Made by a program: the position numbers and the translations under genes. A stretch of 64,000 bases of DNA from Malacoraja senta (lineage: Eukaryota): NCBI GenBank assembly GCA_038087875.1, contig CM075988.1, forward strand, positions 23,066,001-23,130,000, given 5' to 3'. Positions 54,301 to 64,000 of this stretch are shown here, in pieces. How positions within the stretch are numbered: the first letter of the stretch is position 1; every line of letters begins with the position of its first letter. The notes under the pieces were generated by a model that saw nothing but the letters and a program-made list of their open reading frames with translations, did no database searches and was not told the origin of the DNA.

Positions 54301-57300
54301 AAGGAATGGTTGACGTTTCGGGTCCAGACCCTTCTTCAGTCTGGGAGTGAGGGGAACAGGAGAACGAGAGGTGGATGGTACTCAAGGGGAAATTAATGAA
54401 AAACATGCAGAAAGCATTTTGGAAACGTCATCCCTGCCACCCATTCCTTCTCTCCAGAGATGCTGCCTGTCCCGCTGAGTTAAAGAGTGCCCATGGTAGA
54501 CTCACGAGTCACTACGGTAAACCCACGGGCTACTACGTTCTTACGACGAGTTTAAAAGTTTAAAATTTTTACTTCAAGAGTAAATTTGACTCATGGAAAT
54601 CTTTCATCATGTTGAAAGATTTTTACGAGTTAACAAGTTTCCCGAGTACCTGCCGTTAGCGTTACGAGTTCCGACGTTCCCGCTACGTTAATTCTACGTG
54701 ATTACCACGAGTTTGATTTTAAACTCGGGATCACTCGTGGGTGGACTCGCACCGTGAGACAGGGGTTTAATCAAGGACATGACATACATTTCCTTGATAA
54801 CAATGGCTGATTGTGTGTCCCACATTCCCTTGATTATCTTTGCTTTCTGCATATCTTCCATTCATTTCTCCTAAGTACCATCTATATCTCCAGTTCCCCT
54901 TTCCCCTGACTCTCAGTCTGAAGTCTCGACCCGAAACGTCACCTCTTCCTTCTCTCCAGAGATGCTGCCTGTCCCGCTGAGTTACTCCAGCTATTCATGC
55001 CTGTCTGTGAGACTTGCTGTTGTGAGTGACTGCCACGTGAGAGACAGCTGGCAGTGTGCTGACCAGTGAGTGGAGTGACACTTCACATCATGGACCAGAA
55101 ATATTTTAAATCAAAAACAAAGTGCTGGAGAAATTCATGAGCCAGGCAGCATCTGCGGAGGGAAATGGACAGACAACTTTTCGGGTCGGGATCATGCTTC
55201 CAAGTGAGGAAGGATCCCACCTTGTAACAGTCTCTGTCGATATCCCTCCATAGTTGGTACTGAACAGCCATGTTCCTCCAGCACTTTTTGTCAGCGTTTG
55301 TAGGGTCCCGACCGGAAACATCACCTACGTATCCATAGGCTCTACATGTGCGATGAGTACTCTGTGGACTATGTTTCATATCTGTTATGCTGCAGCACGT
55401 AAAAATGTTATTGCTCCATTTTGGGACAGTCTTGACTCTTGCCTGACCCGCTGAGTTACTCGAGTACACAAAAATGCTGGAGAAACTCAGCGGGTGCAGC
55501 AGCATCTATGGAGCGAAGGAAATAGGCAACGTTTCGGGCCGAAACCCTTCTTCAGACTGATAGGGGGTGGGGAGAAGAAAGGAAGAAAGGAAAAAAGGCG
55601 GAGGAGGAGCCCGAGGGCTGGGGGATGGGAGGAGACAACCAGAGGGCTGATGAAGGGGAGGGGACAGCAAGGGCTAGCAGAATTGGGAGAATTCAATGTT
55701 CAATTACTCGAGTACTTTGTGTTTAGCTCAGCTATTAAACCTGGTCAGCATGGATGGGTTGGGCTGAAGGGCCTGCTTCTGTGTGATTAAAAACATGACT
55801 CACTAAAGACTTCTCCATTTTGTAATCAACAACAGTGAGTTTAGTTATGAAACATTCACATATTTGCATTTGATTTCTTTGGAATTATTTTAAAATTATT
55901 TAATTCATTTTAATGCAGCATTAAAAGAAGTGCCTCAGCAAATGTTACATGATCATGGGCTGATATGTAAACAATTTAAACTGTAGCCAGAGTTTAGCAG
56001 AGGTTTAATCTGGAATAATAGTTGATATTAAAAATATATATTTCTAGTGTCTAAGTCGTCATAGAAAAATAATCACTTGCTGCAAATACATTTCCAAGCT
56101 GTAGCTCTGAACTAAACCAAACTGCACCAAACTGCACTAAACTAAACTGAATTAAACTAAGCTGCATTAAACTACTCTAAACTACACTACAAGCATTGTG
56201 TTGAGCTCATAGGCTCCCACTATTAAAATAAATGCTAAATATGGTCACCCTGTGACAAGCAGTTTCAACTCAATCAAGACCAGTGATAATGGAAATGTAC
56301 CTTTGGGATGTTTTAAATGTATGTCTTTGTGCTGAATGCCAAATGTGACGGGTTCGTAAATGCTTTTCAATGCCCGTGACAGATCGCTAACTGTACAGCA
56401 GGACGCTTCCTAAAGCGGTCTTTCGGTAAATTAAACCTGACAGATGTTTAACAAAAATGCAGTGAGTAGGTCTTGTCACTGTCGACAGATCGGTGTTGAG
56501 CAAACAGATCATGGCACACAGCTGATGGTCTTGCCTTAAGTCTTAAGCGTGGATCCAATTGATAAATGAACTATTGTCAAATAGAAAGTTAGGAATATGG
56601 GGCTGACATATAGTAACAAACACCAAGAGATCCAATAGAAACTTAGAAACATTGAAAATAGGCGGAGGAGTAGGCCATTCGGCCCTTCGAGCCTGCACCG
56701 CCATTCAATATGATCATGGCTGATCATCCAACTCAGTATCCTGTACCTGCCTTCTCTCCATACCCCCTGATCCCTTTAGCCACAAGGGCCACATCTAACT
56801 CCCTCTTAAATATAGCCAATGGACTGACCTCAACTACCTTCTGTGGCAGAGAATTCCAGAGATTCACCACTCTCTGTGTGAAAAATGTTTTTCTCATCTC
56901 GGTCCTAAAAGACTTCCCCCTTATACTTAAACTGTGACCCCTTGTTCTGGACTTCCCCAACATCGGGAACAATCTTCCTGCATCTAGCCTGTCCAACCCC
57001 TTAAGAATTTTGTAAGTTTCTGCAAGATCCCCCCTCAATCTTCTAAATTCTAGCGAGTACAAGCCGAGTCTATCCAGTCTTTCTTCATATGAAAGTCCTG
57101 ACATCCCAGGAATCAGTCTGGTGAACAATGTGTAGGAAGGAACTGCAGATGCTGGTTTACACCGAAGATAGACACAAAATGCTGGAGTAAAAGCCCTGTC
57201 CCACTATACGAGTTCATTCAAGAGCTCTCCCGAGTTTAAAAAAAAAATCGAACTCGTGGTAAGCACGTAGAATGTACGTAGCTGGTACGTCGGGGCTCGG

Positions 57301-60300
57301 GGACGTCTCTTAGCGGCTCGTAACGCTAACGGCAGGTACTCGGGAAACGCGGTAAGCTCCGGGAGACTCGTGAAGATTATTCAACATGTTGAAAAATGTC
57401 CACGAGAGCCCCGAGTACCTACGAGCGGCCATTACCGTAAATCTCCGAGTTCGAATCAGGGCAAACTCAGGAGAACTCTTGAATGAACTCATACAGTGGG
57501 ACAGGGCTTTAACTCAGCGGGACAGGCAGCATCTCTGGATAGAAGGGGTGATGTTTTGGGTCTAGATCCTTCTTCAGACTGAGAGTCAGGGGAGAGGAAG
57601 ACACAGAGGCAAGGAAGTGTAAGATGTGAAAACAAGACATCAAAGGAGATGCAGATCAAGGAAAATGTAGGATAGATCATTGCTAGCTAGGAGCAGGTGA
57701 CAACGAAGCATACAGAGATAAAATTTAATCAGGAGGTCAGTCGGACTGATCGGAGAACTAGGAAGGGGGAGGGATGGAGAGAGACCGAAAGCAAACGTTA
57801 CTTGAAGTCAGAGAAGTCAATATTCATACTCTTCCATCTACCTAAACTTGCAAGAAGCAACGTGACAAGAATGTATATAGATAGATACGAGGAACTGTAG
57901 ATTCTGATTAATACACAAAAGGGCAGGAATTGTTGGAGTAACTCAGCAGGTCAGGCAGCATCTCTGAAGAACATGGATAAGTGACGTTTCGGGTTAAGAC
58001 CATTCTTGACTCAACATGGATAGGTGACATTTCAGGTCGACACCCTTCTTCAGATTGAAGTCCTATCCATGTTCTCCAGGGATGCTGCTCGACCTGTTGA
58101 GTTTCTCCAGCATCTTGTGCCCTTTTGTGACAAGAATTCATGTCATCAGTAGGAGTTACAAGCTGCAAGCCCTCTCTAGCACCTTCCTCTATGGTCATAT
58201 AGCTGTGGCTCTCTGCACGACTACTACTCAACCTAGACATTCTGGCTTCCCCGCTGCTAGTGCAAAGTAACGTACGTGTCATTGTCTTCGTCTTGCTGCA
58301 GCAGCTTCTCAATGGGCATGTTGGCAATGGTTCTCCTGGCATCCTCCAGCTCCAGAAGTCCAGGCTCAGGGCTGGAAATGTTCAGAGGCACAAACTGGGG
58401 CGGCAGAGACGGCAAGGGGCTTGCCGGACACGGCGTCCCCGGTGCGGGTAGAGCCGAGAGCGTTTGGCACCAAGGAGAGTGATTGAGCGCCTGCTGCTGG
58501 CATGAAAGATCCATTTGCGGAAGACCAGCTGGCGTGGGCACCCTCGACTGTGGAGAAACAAAAACGGGTTTGATCAACTGACAGTTCACAGGTTCACAAG
58601 TTACAGGAGTTGAATTAGGCCATTTGGCCCATCGAGTCAATCATGGCTGATCTCTGCCTACTAATCCCATTCTCCCGCCTTCTCCCCATAACCCTTGACA
58701 CCCGTTCTAATCAAGAATATTTCTGCCTTTTTTGCATATCTTAGAAACATAGAAACATAGAAAATAGGTGCAGGAGGAGGCCATTCAGCCCTTCGAACCA
58801 GCACCGCCATTCATTGTGATCATGGCTGATCGTCCCCAATCGATAACCCGTGCCTGCCTTCTCCCATCTCCCTTGACTCCACTAGCCCCTCGAGCTCTAT
58901 CTAACTCTCTCTTAAATCCATCCAGTGACTTGGCCTCCACTGCCCTCTGTGGCAGGGAATTCCATAAATTCACAACTCTCTGGGTGAAAAAGTTTCACTC
59001 ATTTGTTCCTTTCATTCATTTGTTCCATATCTCTCTATGTCACCACTTATATCTCTCATTTCCCTTTCCCCTGACTCCCAGTCTGAAGAAAGGTCTCCAC
59101 CCGAAACGCCACCCGCTCTTTTTCTGCAGAGATGTTGCCTGCCCCGCTGAGTTACTCCAGCTTTTGGTGTCTTATCACTGATTACCCTCTGCTGGATTAA
59201 TGGTCAGGGCTCAGTTATCACTGGGTCCAGAGGGAGGGATATGGGAGGTAGGGGGCAGGGGGGGGGAGAAAGTGGGGGGATAAAAGATGGCTGCGGAGGC
59301 CAAGTCATTGAGTATTTTTAAGGCGGAGGTTGACAGATTCTTGATTAGTACGGGCGTCAGGGGTTACGGGGTGAAGGCAGGAGAATGGGGTTGAGAGGGA
59401 AAGATAGATCAGCCATTATTGAACGGCGGAGTAGACTCGATGGGCCGAATGGCCTAATCCTGCCTCTATGACTTGTGAACATACGGAAATGGAAAATGAG
59501 GGGATGAGAGTAAGGAGGAGAGTAAAGGAACAGGGTGGTGGGGGGGTAGGTGGGAGGAATGTGTGCGTGAGGGAAAGGAACACGAGGGGGTAGGGGGGGT
59601 ATAACTTGAAAGGGGGCAATTCAACGTTCATACCCACAGGTTGTAACAACCTGGTGTTGAGCCATTGCAGTACCAGGGGCGTGCTGTTGGGGGTGATGTT
59701 GGTCAGACAAGGCAATAAAACGAGAGGCTCCTTTCCTTCTCAGATGGGTGTAGAAATTCCCCTGGCATTATTTCACGTAAGAGAGTGATATCCTTCCCTC
59801 TCACTCCCCCACCGCACCCAACCACCCCAAGAGCCTTCGAAATACTCAATGAACATCACAAAATAGCCAGGCAATCTGACCATGTATTGAAACTGGCTGT
59901 GTGCAAACAGACCATGGCTCTTCCTATTTACTATGTTTCTATGTTTCTATGTTTCTATTACAACAGTGTCTACAAGGCAAAGGCACTTGGTTGGTCTGCA
60001 TGGCTATTTTGATGTCCCGGGACTGAGATTGATGCTAAATAATTGCAAATAATTTATTTTTCCATCTGCAGCTTCTAAATTACAAATGTGTTACCAATAT
60101 GCATTATTATCTTTGTACTTGCAGCATATCAGCATAGCAGCCACCCACACTGATTAGCGTGAATATTAATTGCTCCAACACTTTCCACAGTGAAAGGGAG
60201 TTAAGTGATGATACGTTGACATTATTTGAAATGATAAGCAGTGATGGAGTTAAACTCGGCAGCTTTTCAATCACCATTTCAATATGGCATAGACTAAGCG

Positions 60301-63300
60301 TAGGCTTGGCGATCGTTTCGCCGAACACCTCCGCCGAACACCTCCGCATTAACCAACCTGATCTCCCGGTGGCTCAGCACTTCAACTCCCCCTCCCATTC
60401 CAAATCCAACCTTTCTGTCCTGGGCCTCCTCCATTGCCAGAGTGAGCACCACCGGAAACTGGAGGAGCAGCACCTCATATTCCGCTTGGGCAGTCTGCAT
60501 CCTGGTGGCCTGAACTTCTCCAATTTCCGGTAGTCCTTGCTGTCTCCTCCCCTTCTCAGCTCTCCCTCAGCCCTCGGGCTCCTCTTCTTCCTTTCTTCTT
60601 CCCGCCCCCCCCCCACCCTGCATCAGTCTGAAGAAGGGTTTCGGCTTGAAACGTTGCCTATTTCCTTCGCTCCATAGATGCTGCCTCACCCGCTGAGTTT
60701 CTCCAGCATTTTTGTCTGCCATAAACAAACGTTGTTTTGTACTTAATCAGACTGTGCTTTCCCCTTCTGACACCTTTATCACCAGGTTAACATGCTATAC
60801 TACACTGGTCCCTCCTTTTGGTTCTGAAAGACATCTACCCTCCAATATTTGGAGGCAAATGACTTATTTTCACGCTGCGCCTGCATCTCGAAAAGTAAAC
60901 GTTGACTGAAGTTGAAACGGAGAGCAAAATTGTACAATTCTCATTTCATCCCAGAGGGCGGCACGCTGGCGCAACGGTAGAGCTGCTGCCTTACACCTCC
61001 AGAGACACGGGTTCGATCCTGCCTATGGGTAAGCTGTTTGTATGGAGTTTGTACGTTCTCCCCGTGACCTGCGTGGGTTTTCTCCGAGATCTTTGGTTTC
61101 CTCCCACACTCCAAAGACGTATAGGTTTGTAGGTTAATTTGGCTTGGTATCAATGTAAAAATGTTCCCTAGTGCGTGTCGGATAGTGTTAATGTGCGGGG
61201 ATCGCTGGTCAGTGCGGGCTTGGTGGGCTGAAGGGCCTGTTCCGCGATGTATCTCTAGACTAAACCAAGCTTGCAACCTACTGCAGGACAGAAGCTTATT
61301 GAGTTACAACATGCAGTCATGGTCCAATTGGGTTGGTGAAGCCCGAACTGAGTGTTACCGAAGGCATGGCAGAATTCCAGAGCTCATGATTCTCAATGAA
61401 GTCAGATGAGGAAGACATAATGAACTGCAGTTGCTGGAATCTTGCATTTAAGGCCAGCACAATGGTGTTGCTGCCTTACAGCTCCTTAGACCTGGGTTCA
61501 ATCTTGACCATGTGTGCTGTCTGTGCGAGTATGTACGTTCTCCCTGTGACCGCACGGGTTTTCTCCGGGTGCCCTGGTTTCCTCCCACAATCCAAAGACA
61601 TAGAGGTTTGTAGATTAATTGATTTCGGTATAATTGTAAATTGTCCAGAGTGTGTAGGATTGTGATAGTATGCGGGTGATCACTGTCTGATCATAATCAG
61701 ACTTGTTGGGCTGAATGGCCCATTTCTGCACTGTATCTCTAAAGTCACAAAGTGCTGGAGTATCTCAGAGGGGTCAGGCAGCATCTCTGATGGACACAGA
61801 TAAATATCGTTTAGGGTCGGGGCCCTTCAGACAGAAGAGGCATCCCGACACAAAAACATTGCCTCCCCATGTCTTTCAGAGGTGTTGCCTGACCTCCCTG
61901 AGTTACTCCAGCACTTTGCTTTCTATGAGGAAGTTGATTATTAGAAGGCATTTTCAGTTGCACAGAATCAGTTGCGTTTGTGGTTCATCTACAGGACCTG
62001 ACAGTTGTTTGGTGAAGCTTCATCATGGCCAATATCAACCACAAAGTGAAGTCAATGATTGCAAGTACCAAGAATCCTCTCCTAAATTGAATCTTGAACT
62101 GACTTGAAACTCAATGACTGGGCGGGTGGGACAGAAGCCTAACATCTCACACCACCAGGTTCAAGAACAGCTCCTTTCCTGCAACTATTAGCTTCTTGAT
62201 CTTCCCTTTTGCACTGCCATGGACTTGCTTCCTAATTGTGTATTTTTGCACAAATTTTCTTTCAGTGTGCGGTAGAATTTGTGCATGATTTATATATAAC
62301 TTCGGTTTTTAGTCTGCTGTCTGAGTCCATGTGCCTGTGAGCAAGTTTTTAATTATACCTGAAGTTCGTCGAGCTTGTGTTTGTGACTACAATCTCGACT
62401 TGACTTGATGTGATGCACTGCAGACATACCTATCACAGTCTATTGATGAGACTCCAGCACCCTGAGTCACCCCATTCACAAGAACCGGCAGAGAAACTAT
62501 ATGAAGGGTTTGCTACATAGTTCAATGCACTTTTTTGACTGAGTTTTGCGTACGTTTCATTCATACTCAGAGGGGAAGAGATCATCCTTCAAAAGGCATG
62601 GTCTGTTTTAAGAAATATGATTGTATTATCACTGCCCTCTGGTGGTCAGATGATGTTACGAAAATAAAAGTATCTTCACACAGAGAGGCATGTGGTGAAC
62701 TTTGTTGGACTGTGACAAACGTTCATGCAAAGGGTGGTAGGTGTATGGAATGAGCTGCCAGAGGAGGTAGTTGAGGTAGGGACTATTGCAATGTTTAAGA
62801 AACAGACAGGTAAAGGATAGGACAGGATTGGAGGGGAAAGGGACATGTTGGGCAAGTAGGCAAGTAGACACTGTATGCCTCTTTGACTACGTTTTAATCA
62901 ATTTTCCTTCAAAGGGAATGGAACAATTATCCCACAATCTCATTCACTTCCCACACTAGAGACAATTAAAATTTTTATTTCACAGATACTAATTAACCCA
63001 TAAACCCGCATCGTCTTTGGGATGTGGGAGGAAACTGGGACACCCGAAGGAATCCCACGCGGTCACAGGGAGAACGTGCAAACTCTGCACAGACAGCGCC
63101 TGAGGTTAGGATCGAACCCGGGACTCTGGCGATGTGCGGCAGCGGCTCTACCGGCTGTGCCACCGTGCTGCCCGACCTTTACCGTTATCTTTTCCAGCTG
63201 CAATGGATGGTTATTGACATGTCAATTGTCTTTCACTCTGCAGAGACGTCCCTTGACCATCAGGTTCAGTCAAGTCAGGTCGGGTTTACAAGGACGCTGA

Positions 63301-63933
63301 GCTACTAGTCCAGTGACAATCCTGCTCACAGCAGCATCACCAGCGCATAAACTCAGACAAACGCACAAAAACAAATTATACATAAATGACACTGAAGAAG
63401 GGTCTCGACCCGAAACTTCACCCATTCCTTTTCTCCACAGATGCTGCCTGCCCCGCTGAGTTACTCCAGCATTTTGTATCTATCTTCGGTTTAAACCAGC
63501 ATTTGCAGTTCCTTCCTACACAATGACACTTAACTTATTTGTTTGTGCACTACACGACTCTACGATTGCAAGGCATCAAAGGTGTTCTTTCCCCCATTCA
63601 TTGTACCCTTGGTGTGAGCGCGTGAAAACCCAAGACAGTATCCTACCTGGCAGTTCCCTGCGAAGTTGCTCTGCAATGGTTGCGGACTGTAAGACATGAC
63701 CGAGGGGGGCCCCAGCATTGTGTAGCTGGGACAGGCAGCTTGCATGCACATGTCTTGCATGTACGGTGAGTTGACGGCATCGTGCGAGGGGTAACTGGGG
63801 CAAGGTGACCACTGTGACACCGGCTGTAGGCTGGCAGAGGATGGCTGAGGCAGCCATGTAGTGTGAAAGGTTCCCTCCTCAGCAGGTTGCACTGGTGATG
63901 AAGCAGCATCTGTCTCATGGAACACCGGATGTC
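18263..63933 (-). CDS. POU2AF1: POU2AF1 (OCA-B) long isoform with C-terminal IkBNS/IkBzeta-type ankyrin domain, 5'-partial. Exons: 63647-63933, 58276-58547, 45907-46012, 43865-44011, 28475-28526, 25525-25694, 23540-23659, 20698-20862, 18263-18328
   Basis: Nine exons, all introns GT-AG with matching phases (0,2,0,0,1,0,0,0). Total 1385 nt with no internal stop. The first two exons match OCA-B and the last seven match the NFKBID-type ankyrin domain. The splice joining the two parts is inferred. Confidence 0.8.
18501..18700. mobile_element. PIF/Harbinger (Tourist-like) MITE
   Basis: TIRs agggcctgtcccac / gtgggacaggccct, with TTA on both flanks. Confidence 0.85.
18901..19291. mobile_element. PIF/Harbinger-type MITE
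   Basis: TIRs tgggcctgtcctacttaggc / gcctaagtgggacaggccca; flanks TAA and TTA. Confidence 0.8.
20698..20862 (-). CDS. Ankyrin exon, NFKBID-like ([55 protein letters not shown])
   Basis: tctcctag|GCT...CAG|gtgagg, 165 nt. AHGNTxLHMAA and GADPxxRNLENxQP are IkBNS/IkBzeta signatures. Confidence 0.92.
23540..23659 (-). CDS. Ankyrin exon, NFKBID-like ([40 protein letters not shown])
   Basis: aaacag|GAC...AAG|gtttgt, 120 nt. Matches IkBNS EIKSNKTVLHLAVQ...FVNMK. Confidence 0.9.
24044..24230. repeat. Near-perfect palindrome (93-bp arms) formed by inverted Penelope-like termini
   Basis: Arms centred on 24137. The insertion is flanked by the direct repeat accctttgtgtgaaa (24000-24014 and 24228-24242). 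Confidence 0.9.
24520..24937 (+). mobile_element. Non-autonomous Helitron carrying a (TATG)n microsatellite
   Basis: Inserted between A and T inside a CR1 tail. 5' TC, 3' CTAG, hairpin ggaccc-aac-gggtcc at 24910-24924, no TSD. Confidence 0.8.
25525..25694 (-). CDS. Ankyrin exon with the nuclear-IkB insertion ([57 protein letters not shown])
   Basis: gtttcag|GG...CAG|gtaact, 170 nt, phase 1 to 0. GLTPLHCAV followed by a long insert, as in IkBzeta/IkBNS. Confidence 0.92.
26630..27110 (-). mobile_element. CR1-type LINE 3' fragment
   Basis: [23 protein letters not shown]... ORF and (ctattgt)n tail. Confidence 0.85.
28475..28526 (-). CDS. Small ankyrin exon ([18 protein letters not shown])
   Basis: cttttgcag|ATG...GAAG|gtacgt, 52 nt, phase 0 to 1. 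DLEARDFEG matches the recalled IkBNS motif. Confidence 0.9.
29764..33187 (-). mobile_element. 5'-truncated L1-clade LINE (ORF2 RT and C-terminal zinc domain, 3' UTR, A-rich tail) with 18-bp TSD
   Basis: TSD attcacagcttgtttctt at 29746-29763 and 33188-33205. Motifs [35 protein letters not shown] (31821-31832) and CDKC...H...C. Confidence 0.95.
30183..33122 (-). pseudogene. L1 ORF2 remnant in a single frame with two nonsense codons
   Basis: The 379-aa and 508-aa ORFs share a frame and are separated by TAG (31983-31985) and TGA (31851-31853). The endonuclease domain is missing through truncation. Confidence 0.9.
34390..35135 (+). mobile_element. Degenerate CR1-type LINE 3' end with nested fragment
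   Basis: [10 protein letters not shown] motif and a typical CR1 3' UTR ending ctctatgactctatg. Confidence 0.75.
39115..40310 (-). mobile_element. Non-autonomous Helitron containing a minisatellite array
   Basis: Minus-strand 5' end tctctataactaaaagtctcaacttg matches the start of the 24520 element. 3' CTAG, inserted at A|T, hairpin partly deleted. Confidence 0.75.
39236..39908. repeat. Minisatellite, about 11 units of roughly 50-75 bp
   Basis: Unit caagcacagggcaggccaaacaactcattgcattttcatttcatttccatttccattgcagttt with variable (catttc)n content. Confidence 0.95.
42465..42990 (-). mobile_element. Rex1/Babar-like LINE fragment
   Basis: Ends [12 protein letters not shown] with a (cgtat)n-type tail; related copy at about 46505-46745. 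Confidence 0.55.
43130..43590 (+). mobile_element. CR1-type LINE 3' fragment
   Basis: 129-aa ORF ([18 protein letters not shown]...WNELPEEV). Confidence 0.85.
43865..44011 (-). CDS. Ankyrin exon, NFKBID-like ([49 protein letters not shown])
   Basis: gttcctag|ACA...CAG|gtaagc, 147 nt. Matches IkBNS TPLLVAAAANQPLIVEDLL...LHVAATYG. Confidence 0.93.
44636..45393 (+). mobile_element. Internally deleted Gypsy-like LTR retrotransposon with a rearranged 5' LTR
   Basis: ATCTC on both flanks (44631-44635, 45394-45398). Both LTRs start tgtgatgtttggtgga (44636, 45165). Polypurine tract ggaaagggggaa precedes the 3' LTR. The internal [10 protein letters not shown] resembles the end of Gypsy pol. Confidence 0.8.
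45907..46012 (-). CDS. First ankyrin exon ((T)[35 protein letters not shown])
   Basis: cttttgcag|A ATC...AAG|gtatac, 106 nt, phase 2 to 0. Matches IkBNS TLLHLFAARGLRWAAYAAAE...RRLDIREHKGK. Confidence 0.93.
46067..46335. mobile_element. Partial Harbinger-type MITE, same family as 57191-57509 (another partial copy at about 54483-54767)
   Basis: One TIR (aacccctgtcccacggtacgagttcattc) plus shared internal sequence. Confidence 0.7.
49163..49253. repeat. (TTTAG/TTCAG)n microsatellite, a retroelement tail
   Basis: Read directly. Confidence 0.85.
50673..50921. mobile_element. PIF/Harbinger-type MITE
   Basis: TIRs agggcctgtcccacttggcgatt / aatcgctaagttggacaggccct; TTA on both flanks. Confidence 0.85.
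56636..57126 (-). mobile_element. CR1-type LINE 3' fragment
   Basis: 131-aa [37 protein letters not shown]... Confidence 0.88.
57191..57509. mobile_element. Harbinger-type MITE inserted in a Penelope-like terminus
   Basis: TIRs aagccctgtcccact / agtgggacagggctt and TAA TSD. Removing it restores the common gctggagtaactcagcggg sequence. Confidence 0.9.
58257..58547 (-). CDS. POU2AF1: POU2AF1 exon equivalent to the mammalian last exon. Read-through ends DNDTYVTLH* at 58257; the internal donor after 58276 leads to the ankyrin exons
   Basis: tctccacag|[13 protein letters not shown]...[43 protein letters not shown] aligns by eye with human OCA-B PWPQPLSTLP...PQFVQLPISIPEPVLQDMEDPRRAASSLTIDKLLLEEEDSDAY. 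Confidence 0.93.
   Translation of the reverse strand, partial: SRVPTPAGLPQMDLSCQQQALNHSPWCQTLSALPAPGTPCPASPLPSLPPQFVPLNISSPEPGLLELEDARRTIANMPIEKLLQQDEDNDTYVTLH
60290..60720 (+). mobile_element. Penelope-like retroelement 3' part (GIY-YIG endonuclease C-terminus and terminal repeat)
   Basis: EHLR...[11 protein letters not shown]...[21 protein letters not shown]. Similar pieces near 3935-4075 (-), 11845-11975 (-) and 21385-21560 (+). Confidence 0.8.
63647..63933 (-). CDS. POU2AF1: POU2AF1 internal exon (equivalent to the mammalian penultimate exon)
   Basis: tcttcag|GA...CAG|gtagga, 287 nt. [18 protein letters not shown]...[22 protein letters not shown] matches human OCA-B WLSQPTPATLQPLAPWTP...DMYVQPVCPSYTVVGPSSVLTY. 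Confidence 0.93.
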
Positions 63934-64000
63934 CTGAAGATAAGAACAAAATAGCAGCAAGAAATTAATAATACACACACACATTCTCAGCCTTGATTGG

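Noticed and set aside
6045..55869. Octamer motifs ATGCAAAT/ATTTGCAT at 6045, 8830, 19343, 42208 and 55862, as possible autoregulatory sites
   Set aside because: A handful are expected by chance in 64 kb of AT-rich DNA, two sit inside a repeat family, and they do not cluster.
45907..58275. Ankyrin exons as a stand-alone NFKBID gene
   Set aside because: No start exon was found in 46013-58275. The first ankyrin exon begins in phase 2 mid-repeat and is completed exactly by the OCA-B exon. Not formally excluded without transcript data.

Overview
Repeat-rich vertebrate genomic DNA, most likely a cartilaginous fish such as a skate or ray (inferred from HE1/V-SINE-like SINEs and CR1, Penelope and Rex1 fragments). 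Two genes converge. On the + strand is the last coding exon of a POU2AF3 (OCA-T2/COLCA2)-like gene (51-371). On the - strand is the 3' part of POU2AF1 (OCA-B/OBF-1), whose 5' exons lie beyond 64000. Main finding: the exon that ends mammalian OCA-B has an internal GT donor here (after 58276). It can splice in frame to seven further intact exons (46012 down to 18263) that encode a complete IkBNS/IkBzeta-type nuclear IkB ankyrin domain. The locus can therefore encode a short classical OCA-B (...DNDTYVTLH*) and a long OCA-B-ankyrin protein, a candidate dual POU/NF-kB coactivator. A Roquin CDE-type stem-loop lies in the putative 3' UTR of the long form. Introns hold a 5'-truncated L1 with an 18-bp TSD, three non-autonomous Helitrons, PIF/Harbinger-type MITEs, a rearranged Gypsy-like LTR element and many Penelope ends with hammerhead-like cores. 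All homology calls come from recognising the sequences; no database searches were run.
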